Origin: Bacteroidota bacterium
Lineage (GTDB): Bacteria; Bacteroidota; Bacteroidia; AKYH767-A; OLB10
Assembly: GCA_024643795.1 (NCBI GenBank)
Contig: JAHEMF010000002.1
Coordinates: forward strand, 14-64,013
DNA length: 64,000 bases
Direction: 5' to 3'
The translations under genes were made by a program, and so were the position numbers. Below the pieces are notes generated by a model. That model made no database searches. It was given only the letters and a program-made list of their open reading frames with translations, and was not told where the DNA came from. Of the stretch, positions 10,069-20,855 are shown piece after piece. Position 1 is the first letter of the stretch. Each line of letters begins with the position of its first letter.

Positions 10069-11060
10069 TGTACAGATCGTAGTATATTGTTGGCGGTATT
10101 GCTTATCTTAATGATGTCCTGCTCATTCATACACTTAAAATGGCCTTTGGGACATTTTTCATAACCTATCTTGCTGCAAGGCCGGCATTTCAAACCTTTA
10201 ACTTCAAAAATGACAGAATTATTTTCTTGACCCGGCATATATGGATACATACCAAATTCAGGAACTGTATTACCCCAGATGCTGAGCACCGGTTTTTTGA
10301 ATGCCGCTGCGATATGCATAAGGCCGGTATCCGGAGTGATGACAACTACTGAGTGTTTAACCACCTGTGCAGATTGAGCAAGGGTTAGCTGGCCGCATAA
10401 ATTTATCGAGTTCGCATTATTTTCACAGATCTCATCCCCGTAAGGGATATCATCGGGCCCACCCAATACAATTACCCGGTGATGGATATCTTTAATAACG
10501 GTATTCATAAGTGATGAAGGCATTTTTTTCGTAGAATGATTGGCGCCTGCTACCACAACACCAAATTTTTCAGAACCAATTTTGGTCAAGACAGATTCAG
10601 TTAATGTTCCATTATCACCAATAAAATAATCAAGTCCCTCTTTGTCGTTTGATACTCCCAGACCTCTTACGGTTTCAAAATATCTTTCAACAATGTGAAC
10701 AGCAGGGAGTTTGTTGATCTTGAGATTAACCAGCAGCCACTTCTCAAAATTTAATTTGTTGAATGAAGTTGCCTGAGTCTTCAGTGCTTTTTTGATTAGC
10801 GAACTCCTCAGGTTGTGATGAAGGTCAACTATGTGATCGTAGTTTTCTTTTGCCAACTGCTCCTTTACATCAGACAGGTTGTTGTCAAATTCGATCACCT
10901 TATCTATGTAAGGGCTGGAGGCCACAATAGGGGCAAACTGTTTTTTGGTCAGGAAATGCACTTCTGCATCATGTAATTGTTTTTTAATGCAACGTGTTAC
11001 CGGACTTGTAAGAACAATATCACCAATAGAGCTAAAACGTATGACCAGAATCTTTGGCAT
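10065..11060 (-). CDS. Glycosyltransferase family 9 (LPS heptosyltransferase-like)
   Basis: KILVIRFSSIGDIVL, DTGLMHIAAA and CRPCSKIG..CPKGHFKCM motifs. Confidence 0.9.
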   Translation of the reverse strand: MPKILVIRFSSIGDIVLTSPVTRCIKKQLHDAEVHFLTKKQFAPIVASSPYIDKVIEFDNNLSDVKEQLAKENYDHIVDLHHNLRSSLIKKALKTQATSFNKLNFEKWLLVNLKINKLPAVHIVERYFETVRGLGVSNDKEGLDYFIGDNGTLTESVLTKIGSEKFGVVVAGANHSTKKMPSSLMNTVIKDIHHRVIVLGGPDDIPYGDEICENNANSINLCGQLTLAQSAQVVKHSVVVITPDTGLMHIAAAFKKPVLSIWGNTVPEFGMYPYMPGQENNSVIFEVKGLKCRPCSKIGYEKCPKGHFKCMNEQDIIKISNTANNILRSVQ

Positions 11061-11128
11061 TGGTACAAATGTAAAGCAAATTCTCCCTCTGCATTATCAG
11101 GTGTGATTCTATTTCTAACTTTGATGCG

Positions 11129-11917
11129 GTGATCATAGATACTCACATACATTTATACTCTGATCAATTCGATACTGACAGAGATGAGTTGGTCAGGGCA
11201 GCCATTGATGAACAAGTTGGCATATTCCTGATGCCGAATATTGATATTGCTTCAATAGGCCCTATGATGGCATTGAATGAGAAGTTTCCTCAAAGGTGCC
11301 TTCCAATGTTTGGGTTACATCCTTGTGATGTAAAGACTGATTACTTATCGAAACTTGACGAGATCAAGGATTTCATGCTTAGGAATCTGGAAGTAACAGT
11401 GGCCATTGGTGAAACAGGACTTGACCACTATTGGGATATGACCTATTCCAATGAACAGGAGGAAGCATTAAATATCCAACTCAACTGGTGCATGGAGTAC
11501 GATTTGCCGGTTGTTATACATTCACGTGACTCGCTCGATGCAATTCTTTCAATTCTTGAATCCCGTAAAAGCGATGGTTTAAAAGGTGTTCTTCATTGTT
11601 TTTCGGGTACAAGAGAACAAGTGGAAAGAGTAAATAAACTGGATTTTTATTTTGGACTTGGGGGTGTGTTGACATTTAAAAATGGTGGTCTTGATAAGGT
11701 GATTCATGATATTCCTACAAACAGGATAATACTTGAGACCGATGCCCCGTATCTGGCCCCCGTTCCTTATAGAGGAAAAAGAAATGAACCTGTGTATATC
11801 AGAAAAGTTGCTGAGAAGTTAGCCGAAATGACCAGAAAATCGGTTGATGAGATTGAACGGATCACCACACAAAATGCTGTCAGATTATTTGGAATCAAAC
11901 AACTACCCAATGGCTAA
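11129..11917 (+). CDS. tatD: TatD family hydrolase/DNase
   Basis: DTHIH, GLHP, AIGETGLD, IHSR, HCFSG and LETDAPYLAP motifs; TAACTTTG at 11116-11123. Confidence 0.9.
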   Translation: MIIDTHIHLYSDQFDTDRDELVRAAIDEQVGIFLMPNIDIASIGPMMALNEKFPQRCLPMFGLHPCDVKTDYLSKLDEIKDFMLRNLEVTVAIGETGLDHYWDMTYSNEQEEALNIQLNWCMEYDLPVVIHSRDSLDAILSILESRKSDGLKGVLHCFSGTREQVERVNKLDFYFGLGGVLTFKNGGLDKVIHDIPTNRIILETDAPYLAPVPYRGKRNEPVYIRKVAEKLAEMTRKSVDEIERITTQNAVRLFGIKQLPNG

Positions 11918-12965
11918 AAAAGTTACCCGCAGGCGCAAAGGAAGTCAGACCAGAATACTCATTATATATACCGGAGGCACTATTGGTATGATCCAGGATC
12001 CGGTGACCATGGCGCTCAAGCCCTTTAACTTTAATAAGATTCTTTCGGAAATACCTGAGATTCAAAAATTTAACTTTGAAATAGATGCTATTTCGTTCAG
12101 GCCGCTGCTCGACTCTTCAAATATGGAACCTTCAACCTGGATACGTTTGGCTGAGTCTATAGAAGAGCATTATAATAATTATGATGGTTTTGTGATACTG
12201 CATGGAACAGATACTCTCGCTTATACTTCATCAGCACTCAGTTATATGTTAGAGGGACTTACCAAGCCGGTGATATTAACAGGTGCCCAGCTTCCCGTGA
12301 AGGAAGTGCGTACCGATGCTCCTGAGAACCTGATCACAGCACTGGAAATAGCATCCACGCAAGTGAAAGGCAAGCCTGTGATACCTGAAGTTGCGGTTTA
12401 TTTTGACTATTCGTTATTTAGGGGTAATAGGGCCAGTAAATACAGCTCTTCCAAGTTTGAGGCGTTTCATTCACCAAATTATCCGGCTCTGGCCGAGGCA
12501 GGGGTGAACATTAAATTCAACAACCTATTGATTATCAATAAGAAAGAGAAAAAATTCAGTGTAAAAAAGGGGATGGATAGCAATGTAGGTTTGATTACAC
12601 TGTTTCCTGGAATCAGCAGGGCATGGTTGAAGAGTTGTTTGAGTACACCGGGGTTGAAAGCTGTGATCCTGCAAACTTATGGATCAGGTAATGCACCTAC
12701 GGCATCATGGTTCCTGGAAGAGATCCGGCAAGCCATATCGTCGGGAATTTATGTGGTAAATATAAGTCAATGCCCGGCCGGGCATGTAAAACAGGGAAAA
12801 TATGCTACAAGCAAGGCTTTGAGCGACATTGGGGTTATTGGGGGGGGTGATATGACCCTGGAAGCGGCCACAACAAAAGTGATGTACCTGTTGGGACAAA
12901 AAGTAACCAGAAATCAGTTTATCAGAATGGTGTCAAAAAATATATGTGGTGAGTTAAGTGATTGA
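11910..12965 (+). CDS. ansA: L-asparaginase type I
   Basis: IYTGGTIGM, DSSNM, HGTDTLAYTSS, TGAQLP and YGSGNAP motifs; start taken at ATG 11910, overlapping the tatD end. Confidence 0.9.
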   Translation: MAKKVTRRRKGSQTRILIIYTGGTIGMIQDPVTMALKPFNFNKILSEIPEIQKFNFEIDAISFRPLLDSSNMEPSTWIRLAESIEEHYNNYDGFVILHGTDTLAYTSSALSYMLEGLTKPVILTGAQLPVKEVRTDAPENLITALEIASTQVKGKPVIPEVAVYFDYSLFRGNRASKYSSSKFEAFHSPNYPALAEAGVNIKFNNLLIINKKEKKFSVKKGMDSNVGLITLFPGISRAWLKSCLSTPGLKAVILQTYGSGNAPTASWFLEEIRQAISSGIYVVNISQCPAGHVKQGKYATSKALSDIGVIGGGDMTLEAATTKVMYLLGQKVTRNQFIRMVSKNICGELSD

Positions 12966-13050
12966 TTTATTTACGTTCTCTTAACAATTAACTGTATTAT
13001 GACATCTGGAATTTTTCTATCTTGCACGCCTTAAAATCAGGGGTAAACAC

Positions 13051-13138
13051 GGAGAGATGTCCGAGTGGTCGATGGAGCACGCCTGGAAAGTGTGTATACC
13101 CCAAAAGGGTATCGTGGGTTCGAATCCCACTCTCTCCG
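13051..13138 (+). tRNA. tRNA-Ser(GGA)
   Basis: Acceptor stem GGAGAGA/TCTCTCC; anticodon arm CACGC-CT-GGA-AA-GTGTG; long variable arm; T arm GTGGG-TTCGAAT-CCCAC. Confidence 0.95.
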
Positions 13139-13230
13139 CAAAGGGATATATTTGTGAAATATTGGCAAAATGCCTATAAAATAGAGTCATCATAAAAACT
13201 AAAAACAACAACAACATTAATAACCATCTT

Positions 13231-13971
13231 ATGAAAAAATTTCTTTCATTCCTGCTTGTAACAGCCGTAATGACCGTTGGCTTTACTTCTTTTGTTTTTG
13301 CTCAGGAGGGGGGCGCAGATGCTCCGGCCGCGGGTGAATCTTCATTTCACCAGATCATAAAAGAAAAATTTATTGAAGGTGATCCGATCTTTATGACACC
13401 ACTTTTGCTTTGCTTCATTTTGGGCATGGCCATCATCATTGAAAGGATCATTTACCTGAACATGTCTACAACCAACACCGATAAATTGTTGAATGACATT
13501 GAAGGTGCATTGGCTTCAGGTGGTGTAGATTCTGCAAAAGAAATTTGCCGTAACACTAAAGGGCCTGTGGCTTCTATATTTTATCAGGGTCTTGATCGTG
13601 AACACGAAGGAATTGAGATCGTTGAAAAATCCGTTATATCATATGGAGGTGTTATGATGGGTAATATGGAACGTGGAATGATATGGATATCACTCTTTAT
13701 TTCTATTGCTCCTATGCTTGGTTTCTTCGGTACCGTAGTTGGTATGGTATCAGCCTTCGATGCAATTGAGGCAGCCGGTGACATTTCTCCTTCTCTTGTA
13801 GCAGGTGGTATCAAGGTTGCACTTCTTACTACTCTTGCAGGACTTATTGTAGCGATGATTCTTCAGGTATTTTACAACTATCTGGTTTCAAAGATCGATA
13901 GCCTTGTTAACCAGATGGAAGATGCTTCTATAAGTCTAATCGACCTGCTGGTAAAGCACAAATTGAAATAA
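13231..13971 (+). CDS. exbB: MotA/TolQ/ExbB proton channel family protein
   Basis: IAPMLGFFGTVVGM and VAGGIKVALLTTLAGL motifs. Confidence 0.9.
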   Translation: MKKFLSFLLVTAVMTVGFTSFVFAQEGGADAPAAGESSFHQIIKEKFIEGDPIFMTPLLLCFILGMAIIIERIIYLNMSTTNTDKLLNDIEGALASGGVDSAKEICRNTKGPVASIFYQGLDREHEGIEIVEKSVISYGGVMMGNMERGMIWISLFISIAPMLGFFGTVVGMVSAFDAIEAAGDISPSLVAGGIKVALLTTLAGLIVAMILQVFYNYLVSKIDSLVNQMEDASISLIDLLVKHKLK

Positions 13972-14001
13972 TTAAACCAACAATTTAACCGTTATACTAT
14001 T

Positions 14002-14325
14002 ATGATAGATTTTGGATTATGGATCGGTTATCTGCTGGCTATGGCCGGTGCAGCCGGGATGTTGGTGTTTTCGATCCGCAATATTATTGGCAATCCAAAA
14101 AATGCCAAATACACACTTATGGGAGTTGGAGCCATTGTAGTACTCTTTCTCCTTAGTTGGGTAGTATCTTCAAGTGAGCTTACACCTCGCATGGTAAATC
14201 TTCAAGCATCTGAATCAATGTCAAAAATGATAGGTGCAGGTTTTATTATGTTGTACCTGATGGGTGTTATCACTGTTGCAGCGATATTTTATGTAGAGAT
14301 CAAAAAATTATTTTCCAGGAAATAA
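14002..14325 (+). CDS. Small membrane protein of the Bacteroidota exbB-exbD operon
   Basis: Three hydrophobic helices; position between exbB and two exbD genes is typical of Bacteroidota. Confidence 0.75.
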   Translation: MIDFGLWIGYLLAMAGAAGMLVFSIRNIIGNPKNAKYTLMGVGAIVVLFLLSWVVSSSELTPRMVNLQASESMSKMIGAGFIMLYLMGVITVAAIFYVEIKKLFSRK

Positions 14326-14328
14326 AAT

Positions 14329-14880
14329 ATGTCCAAGAAGAAACATAGATCACTTCCAGAAATTAATGCCGGCTCAATGGCCGACATTGCTTTCCTTTTG
14401 TTGATCTTTTTCATTGTGGCTACTACTATGGATACCGATAGCGGTATCCTTACAAAACTTCCTCCCATGCCGGAAGAAGATCAGGAGCCACCACCAGATA
14501 TCAACCAACGTAACGTTCTCGAAGTGCTTGTAAATGCCAGCGACCAATTGCTTGTAGAAGGCGAATGGACTGATGTGAGTAACCTTCGGACTCTTACAAA
14601 GGAATTCATAGTCAATCCGGCAAAGAGAGAAGATCTTCCCGAAAGCCCTACCAAAGCTGTGGTATCACTTCAGAACGACAGAGGCACTAGTTACGACATG
14701 TACATTCAGGTACAAAACGAACTCAAGGCCGCGTACAATGAAGTACGGAATGAAGAGTCACAGAACAAGTATGGTAAGTTGTTTGAAGAACTTACATCAG
14801 ATCAACGAAAGGAAGTGCAAAACACGTATCCTATCAAGATCTCTGAAGCTGAACCAAAGGATATAGGAGGGAACAACTGA
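14329..14880 (+). CDS. exbD: Biopolymer transporter ExbD/TolR
   Basis: EINAGSMADIAFLLLIFF TM motif with the conserved Asp. Confidence 0.9.
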   Translation: MSKKKHRSLPEINAGSMADIAFLLLIFFIVATTMDTDSGILTKLPPMPEEDQEPPPDINQRNVLEVLVNASDQLLVEGEWTDVSNLRTLTKEFIVNPAKREDLPESPTKAVVSLQNDRGTSYDMYIQVQNELKAAYNEVRNEESQNKYGKLFEELTSDQRKEVQNTYPIKISEAEPKDIGGNN

Positions 14881-15359
14881 TGTCGAAATTTAAAAAGAAA
14901 AAAGCAGGAGGCACTCCGGGCATCAATACAGCATCTCTTCCTGATATTGTATTTATGTTGTTATTCTTCTTCATGGTAACAACCACTATACGTGATGCAA
15001 GTTTAAAAGTGAAGATCGTAACACCAAATGCCACTGAGATACAGAAGCTGGAGAAGAAATCACTTGTTTCCTACATCTATGTTGGGCCGCCATCAACGCC
15101 TGCACTACGCTCGGTATTTGGTACGGAACCACGTATCCAGCTGAATGATACATACGCTACTGTAGATGAGATAGCAGAATTCATTGAAAAGGAAAGACAG
15201 TCGAGAGATGAAGCAGAGATACCATATCTCACCACTTCATTGAAGATCGATAAGGATACCAGAATGGGTATAGTTACAGATATAAAACAGGAGCTGAGAA
15301 AGTTGAATGCATTAAAGATTAACTACTCAACTAAAAAAGGTGGAACAGCTTCCAAATAA
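14880..15359 (+). CDS. exbD: Biopolymer transporter ExbD/TolR (second paralogue)
   Basis: INTASLPDIVFMLLFFFMV and MGIVTDIKQELR motifs. Confidence 0.9.
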   Translation: MSKFKKKKAGGTPGINTASLPDIVFMLLFFFMVTTTIRDASLKVKIVTPNATEIQKLEKKSLVSYIYVGPPSTPALRSVFGTEPRIQLNDTYATVDEIAEFIEKERQSRDEAEIPYLTTSLKIDKDTRMGIVTDIKQELRKLNALKINYSTKKGGTASK

Positions 15360-15383
15360 CAAATAAGAGATTGTGAAAATTTG

Positions 15384-15412
15384 ACGGCACCAATTTGGTG
15401 CCGTTTTTTTTT
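15384..15412 (+). terminator. Intrinsic terminator of the exbBD operon
   Basis: ACGGCACCA-ATT-TGGTGCCGT followed by a T tract. Confidence 0.85.
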
Positions 15413-17264
15413 AGCTGAATGATTGAAGATCCTGCAGGTTCTTATAGAGGCCGTTCATCGTGATCAGATCTTCGTGTGTGCCTCTTTCTTCAATTTTACC
15501 GTTGCTTAATACAATGATCTCGTCGGCATGCATGATTGTAGATAAACGGTGAGCTATAACAAGGGTGGTGCGGTTCTTCATAAGTTTATCCAATGCATCC
15601 TGCACCAACCTCTCAGATTCTGTATCGAGAGCAGATGTGGCTTCATCTAGAATAAGGATAGGAGGGTTTTTTAATACTGCACGGGCAATACTCATCCTTT
15701 GACGTTGTCCGCCTGAAAGCTTGCCTCCCCGGTCGCCAATGTTGGTCTGGTATCCTTCAGGTAATTTAACAATGAACTCATGGGCATTGGCGATCATGGC
15801 TGCTTTTTCAACATCCTCCTGGGTGGCGTTGCTTTTCCCAAACGCTATGTTATTGAATACCGTATCATTGAACAGGATAGACTCCTGCGATACAATGCCC
15901 ATTAACCCACGAAGCGACTGAATTTTGATATCAGCCAATGATGCTCCATCCAGTAAGATCTCTCCTTTTGAAGGATCATAGAATCGTGGTAGCATATCGG
16001 CCATGGTGGTTTTTCCTGAACCTGATTGTCCTACCAGTGCAATTGTTTTTCCTTTTGGTATCACAAGGTTGATATCTTCCAATACGTAACCACTATCTCC
16101 CCGTGAATATGAAAAATATACATTTTTATATTCTATCTTTTCTTTAAAGCTGTTGATGGTTTTAGCATTTGGCGTGTCGGTGATTTTATTTTCAGCATCT
16201 AATATTGAATAGATCCTGTCAGCAGATGCAATCCCTTTTTGAATATTATAAAAAGCATTGGTAAATGATTTCGACGGAGGTATCAGTTGCGAAAAAATAG
16301 CTACATAAGTAATGAACATGGCAGCTGATAGGCTTGCTGATTCTGAGAGTACGAGTCTTCCTCCAAAGTACATTACAACCACCAGCACACATGCTCCCAG
16401 AAACTCACTCATGGGCGATGACAGATCGGTTTTTCTGTACATACGGTTCATGATAGTGGTGTACCTGCGATTGAGCATCATGAACTTATTGTGATTGGGA
16501 TCTTCGGCATTGAAAGCTTTTATGATCCTCAGCCCCGACAATGTTTCTTCCATTACGCTCATAAGCTCTCCCAGCTTGCTTTTGCTGCGTGCGGAGGTAC
16601 GTTTAAGGCTCTTACCGATGCGTGTGATAACAAATGCAGTGATGGGTAACATTATAAATACAAAGAGTGTAAGTGCCGGACTAATGACGATCATTGTAAT
16701 CATAAATATTACAATGGAAACCGGATCTCTGAATGTTGCCTCCAGTGAACTCATCACCGACCATTCTATCTCCTGAACATCGGTGGTCATCCGTGCTATG
16801 ATGTCACCTTTTCTTTCATCTGAATAAAATGATAAAGGTAGTCGGGCTATCTTATCATGCATCATATTTCTAATATCTTTTACAACACCGTTTCTGACAG
16901 GTGCCAGAAAGAACATTGCAAAATATCTGAAAAAGTTTTTCAGAAAGAACATTACAACAACCAGGACACATATAAGTGAAAGAGCATACATCTTTCCTTT
17001 TTCAGGATCCATAATTATGGATGTGAAGTAATAGTAGAAATTGTCGATCAGTGATTCCATTGACATTTTCAATTCCGGTTGCCCACCTTCAAGACGCGAT
17101 ATATAATCTGCCTCATCTTTCAGGAACAGGAGATCAAGGAATGGTGCCACCATGGTTAGTGAGAACAGAGAAAAGAAAACCGAAAAAATATTAAATGAAG
17201 CATTTAATAATGCATAGCCCATATAGGGTCTTATGAGCTTGATTATACGGAAGTATGTTTTCAC
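15411..17264 (-). CDS. ABC transporter permease/ATP-binding fusion, MsbA-like
   Basis: TM domain, Walker A GQSGSGKT, LSGGQRQR, ILDEATSALD and IAHRLST; GTG start 4 nt after TATATTTG. Confidence 0.9.
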   Translation of the reverse strand: MKTYFRIIKLIRPYMGYALLNASFNIFSVFFSLFSLTMVAPFLDLLFLKDEADYISRLEGGQPELKMSMESLIDNFYYYFTSIIMDPEKGKMYALSLICVLVVVMFFLKNFFRYFAMFFLAPVRNGVVKDIRNMMHDKIARLPLSFYSDERKGDIIARMTTDVQEIEWSVMSSLEATFRDPVSIVIFMITMIVISPALTLFVFIMLPITAFVITRIGKSLKRTSARSKSKLGELMSVMEETLSGLRIIKAFNAEDPNHNKFMMLNRRYTTIMNRMYRKTDLSSPMSEFLGACVLVVVMYFGGRLVLSESASLSAAMFITYVAIFSQLIPPSKSFTNAFYNIQKGIASADRIYSILDAENKITDTPNAKTINSFKEKIEYKNVYFSYSRGDSGYVLEDINLVIPKGKTIALVGQSGSGKTTMADMLPRFYDPSKGEILLDGASLADIKIQSLRGLMGIVSQESILFNDTVFNNIAFGKSNATQEDVEKAAMIANAHEFIVKLPEGYQTNIGDRGGKLSGGQRQRMSIARAVLKNPPILILDEATSALDTESERLVQDALDKLMKNRTTLVIAHRLSTIMHADEIIVLSNGKIEERGTHEDLITMNGLYKNLQDLQSFS

Positions 17265-17345
17265 AGGGCAAATATAATGATATGGAAATAAAGCGTTTAC
17301 GAAAGGGGCTCAAGCTCCGTGCAGATAAAATCTTAACTTTGAACC

Positions 17346-17720
17346 ATGGATTCAAAGCGCCAGCAGCGATTTGCAAGGCTCATTCAAAAGGAGATTGGAG
17401 ATATTTTCCAAAAAGATGGCAGGAACTACTTCGGAAGCTCCTTTTTAACTATCACAGGTGCACGGGTAACTCCTGATCTGTCAATAGCACGCATCTATAT
17501 AAGCACCTTCCATGAGAAAGGGGAGGATGTGCTGCTTAAGCTGAATGCTCACAAAAGTGAGATCAGACACCAATTGGGAAATAAGATAAAAAATCAGGCT
17601 CGGGTCATCCCTGACCTCGAATTTTTTATTGATGATTCACTTGATTATGCCGAGAAGATGGATAAGATCTTTAACGATTTAAATATTCCCCCTGATCAAG
17701 AACCGCAGTCCGATCAATAA
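17346..17720 (+). CDS. rbfA: 30S ribosome-binding factor A
   Basis: RQQRFARLIQKEI, VTPDLSIARIYIS and IPDLEFFIDDSLDYA motifs. Confidence 0.93.
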   Translation: MDSKRQQRFARLIQKEIGDIFQKDGRNYFGSSFLTITGARVTPDLSIARIYISTFHEKGEDVLLKLNAHKSEIRHQLGNKIKNQARVIPDLEFFIDDSLDYAEKMDKIFNDLNIPPDQEPQSDQ

Positions 17721-17759
17721 TATGATATTTTTAACCTCTCAACAGCTGTTTTCATATTT

Positions 17760-18572
17760 ATGCAATACGACCCAATAAAGCGAAGTCTGGGTACTGTTTT
17801 TAATAAAACACCTTTTCTCAGAAAGCTCTTTTACAATTTACTGGACCTGTTATTACTAAGAGCATGGCATGTTCACAAGGAGCTGAGGGTTTGGTTAAAA
17901 AGTGCCCCCAAGGACGCTTCTGTAATTGATGCCGGAGCAGGATTCGGGCAATATACTTCATGGTTAAATTCCAAACGACCGGCATATTCAATTACTGCAG
18001 TGGATGTAAAAGATGAACAGGTTGCAGATTGTAATCAGTATTTTTCAAAGATCGGTGCATCCAATGTAAAGTTCATGGTTGCTGACCTTACACAGTTTTA
18101 CAAAGACAATTCATTCGACCTTGCTTTATCAGTCGATGTGATGGAACATATAGAAGATGACAGAGGCGTTTTCAGGAATATCCACAGATCACTTAAAGAT
18201 GGAGGCATGCTGCTTATATCTACCCCTTCAGACCAAGGTGGCTCAGATGTTCATGGTGAAGGAGAATCATCGTTCATAGAAGAACATGTAAGAGATGGAT
18301 ACAATATTGACGAGATCATTGAAAAATTAAAAACTGCCGGCTTCAATAAGGTGGAGGCGCGATATTCCTACGGAGCACCCGGAAAAATTTCGTGGCGACT
18401 ATCAATGAAGTATCCAATAACTTTTTTAGGAGCCGTTCCTAAGTTTCTGGGATTTTTGATCTTGCCATTTTACTATCTTGTAACTTACCCGTTTGCATTT
18501 GTTCTCAATTGCCTTGATGTTAATATGAAACATAAAACCGGTACAGGACTGATAGTAAAAGCCTGGAAATGA
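17760..18572 (+). CDS. Class I SAM-dependent methyltransferase
   Basis: IDAGAGFGQ motif I; FDLALSVDVMEHI; LKDGGMLLISTP. Confidence 0.85.
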   Translation: MQYDPIKRSLGTVFNKTPFLRKLFYNLLDLLLLRAWHVHKELRVWLKSAPKDASVIDAGAGFGQYTSWLNSKRPAYSITAVDVKDEQVADCNQYFSKIGASNVKFMVADLTQFYKDNSFDLALSVDVMEHIEDDRGVFRNIHRSLKDGGMLLISTPSDQGGSDVHGEGESSFIEEHVRDGYNIDEIIEKLKTAGFNKVEARYSYGAPGKISWRLSMKYPITFLGAVPKFLGFLILPFYYLVTYPFAFVLNCLDVNMKHKTGTGLIVKAWK

Positions 18573-19798
18573 AAACCTATTTCTTTATAGCCCGTAGGTA
18601 CTTCTTATCCAAGAAGTCACACAATGTTGTAAATATACTTTCCTGGATCTCCCTTTCAGGAGTTTTTGTAGCTACAATGGGGCTGGTTGTCGTATTATCT
18701 GTTTTTAATGGATTCAGTGACCTTGTTGTTTCACTTTATGATTCTTTTGACCCCGATATCAAGGTTACTCCTGTAGCCGGTAAAACATTTGAACCCCGAC
18801 CAGCTGTTTTTGAGAATGTACTCAAAGTAGAAGGTATTAGTGCGATATCAGCTTCTCTGGAGGAGAACGCTCTGGTTAAATATGGCGACAGGCAGTTCAT
18901 AGCCGTTATAAAAGGAGTTGACAGTAATTTTAGTAATGTAAATTCCATTGAGCCATATATAGTTGAAGGTGCGTTCACGGTTTCTGATAGCGGTCTTGAA
19001 ATGGCTGTGCTGGGTAGCATCATCGCATATTCGCTCGGAGTTAATGTTAATGATCCTTTGGGTAGTCTTAATATTTACGTTCCTAAAAAAGGGCAGAATG
19101 TAAACACACTCGATCCCACTTCAGCGTTCAACAATGGACTATTAAAACCTGCCGGAATATTTGCGATCCAACAGGATTTCGACTCTCGGTATATTCTTGT
19201 CCCGATCAAATTTGCCAGGCGGCTGTTAGATCAGGATACAAGGATCAGTGCTTTAGAGATCAGTCTTGAGCCTGGTATTGATGAAGAGCAGGCAATGGCG
19301 CAGATCAGCACATTACTCGGCGATCAGTACAAAGTTAAAACACGTTTGATGCAGCACGATTTTCTTTATAAGATCTTAAAATCTGAAAAGTGGGCTGTGT
19401 TCCTGATACTTTCTCTCATACTGGTGATTGCAATCTTTAACATCATAGGATCACTTACCATGCTCATTATTGAAAAAAAGAAAGATGTGGCAGTATTAAA
19501 AGCAATGGGAGCTACGCGTTCGTTCGTAAGAATGATCTTCCTTACAGAGGGTATGATAATTGTTATGACAGGCGCCCTTGCGGGGATGATGGCCGGATTT
19601 GTGATCTGCTACCTTCAGCAGCAATTCGGATTTATCAAACTGGAAAATGCAGAATCATTCATTATCGACTCTTATCCAGTAGCAATGCAGCTGATGGATT
19701 TTGCCGGTGTATTTGCAGCAGTAATACTTATCGGTTTTTCAGCTGCATACTATACTTCAAGAAATCTGGTTGATAAGGAATATGTAAGGTTGGCATGA
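18569..19798 (+). CDS. LolC/E (FtsX-like) ABC permease
   Basis: FIARRY, VLSVFNGF and EKKKDVAVLKAMGA motifs; 4-TM LolC/E topology. Confidence 0.88.
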   Translation: MKTYFFIARRYFLSKKSHNVVNILSWISLSGVFVATMGLVVVLSVFNGFSDLVVSLYDSFDPDIKVTPVAGKTFEPRPAVFENVLKVEGISAISASLEENALVKYGDRQFIAVIKGVDSNFSNVNSIEPYIVEGAFTVSDSGLEMAVLGSIIAYSLGVNVNDPLGSLNIYVPKKGQNVNTLDPTSAFNNGLLKPAGIFAIQQDFDSRYILVPIKFARRLLDQDTRISALEISLEPGIDEEQAMAQISTLLGDQYKVKTRLMQHDFLYKILKSEKWAVFLILSLILVIAIFNIIGSLTMLIIEKKKDVAVLKAMGATRSFVRMIFLTEGMIIVMTGALAGMMAGFVICYLQQQFGFIKLENAESFIIDSYPVAMQLMDFAGVFAAVILIGFSAAYYTSRNLVDKEYVRLA

Positions 19799-19803
19799 CC
19801 ACA

Positions 19804-20793
19804 TCATGCGGCGATGTCGCGGTAGCGAATTTTTATCTCATCCAAAAGTGAATTGATCTCATTCAGATCATAACTGGTGACCAGCTTCATCCGGTAATCT
19901 TTGAAATGGCTGAGGCCTTTGAAATAGTTGGCATAATGTCTTCTCATTTCGTGAATTCCTGTAATATCACCTTTCCATTCAAGTGATTTTACCAGATGTT
20001 GTCTGCAGGTCTCTACACGTTCTTCAATAGTAGGAGGCAATGTGTAGGTGCCTGTTTTTATGAAATGTTTGATCTCTCTGAATATCCACGGGTATCCAAT
20101 ACTCCCTCTGCCAATCATTACACCATCAACTCCATAGCGATTCTTCATTTCCAACGCTCTTTGTGGGCTGTCTATATCACCATTCCCGAATATGGGTATG
20201 TGTATCCTAGGATTATTTTTCACCTCACCAATCAGTGTCCAATCGGCTGGACCTTTGTACATCTGCGACCGGGTTCTGCCATGAATGCTTAATGCAGAAA
20301 TACCAATATCCTGTAAGCGTTCTGCTACCTCAACAATATTTTTTGTGCTATCATCCCAACCTAATCTAGTTTTTACAGTAACAGGCCGATCCGACATTTT
20401 GATAACCTCTGCAGTCATCTGAACCATTTTGGGGATATCCTGAAGCAAAGCAGCACCGGCTCCTTTGCATGCCACTGCCTTAACAGGGCAGCCGTAATTT
20501 ATATCTATCAGATCAGGATTGGCCTGATTAGCGATCGCAGCGGCGTCCTTCATGCTGGTGATCTCGCTACCGAATAACTGTATGCCTATCGGTCTCTCAT
20601 ATTCGAAAATGTCAAGCTTTTGTACACTTTTAGCAGCATCCCTGATAAGGCCTTCACTACTTATGAACTCAGTGTACATAAGATCGGCACCGTTCATCTT
20701 GCAAACAGCCCTGAACGGTGGATCACTCACATCCTCCATAGGTGCAAGCAATAATGGAAACTCACCCAATTCTATATTACCGATCTTAATCAA
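19804..20793 (-). CDS. dusB: tRNA-dihydrouridine synthase B
   Basis: LAPMEDV, DINYGCP, TVKTRLGWD, IHGRTR, GNGDI and GVMIGR motifs. Confidence 0.92.
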   Translation of the reverse strand: MIKIGNIELGEFPLLLAPMEDVSDPPFRAVCKMNGADLMYTEFISSEGLIRDAAKSVQKLDIFEYERPIGIQLFGSEITSMKDAAAIANQANPDLIDINYGCPVKAVACKGAGAALLQDIPKMVQMTAEVIKMSDRPVTVKTRLGWDDSTKNIVEVAERLQDIGISALSIHGRTRSQMYKGPADWTLIGEVKNNPRIHIPIFGNGDIDSPQRALEMKNRYGVDGVMIGRGSIGYPWIFREIKHFIKTGTYTLPPTIEERVETCRQHLVKSLEWKGDITGIHEMRRHYANYFKGLSHFKDYRMKLVTSYDLNEINSLLDEIKIRYRDIAA

Positions 20794-20855
20794 CGTTGTT
20801 TCAACTCAGATTTTCTATGATATTGTAATAACTTCGTGCAAAATTAGGTAAAATC

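Noticed and set aside
12840-12847. G8 homopolymer in ansA as a phase-variation tract
   Set aside because: In frame, encodes Gly-Gly in a housekeeping enzyme, and is short
9403-13138. Segment between the two tRNAs as a genomic island
   Set aside because: Contains ordinary genes (GT9, tatD, ansA); no integrase and no duplicated tRNA 3' end
13017-13217. 66-aa minus-strand ORF
   Set aside because: Antisense to tRNA-Ser and its promoter; a typical shadow ORF
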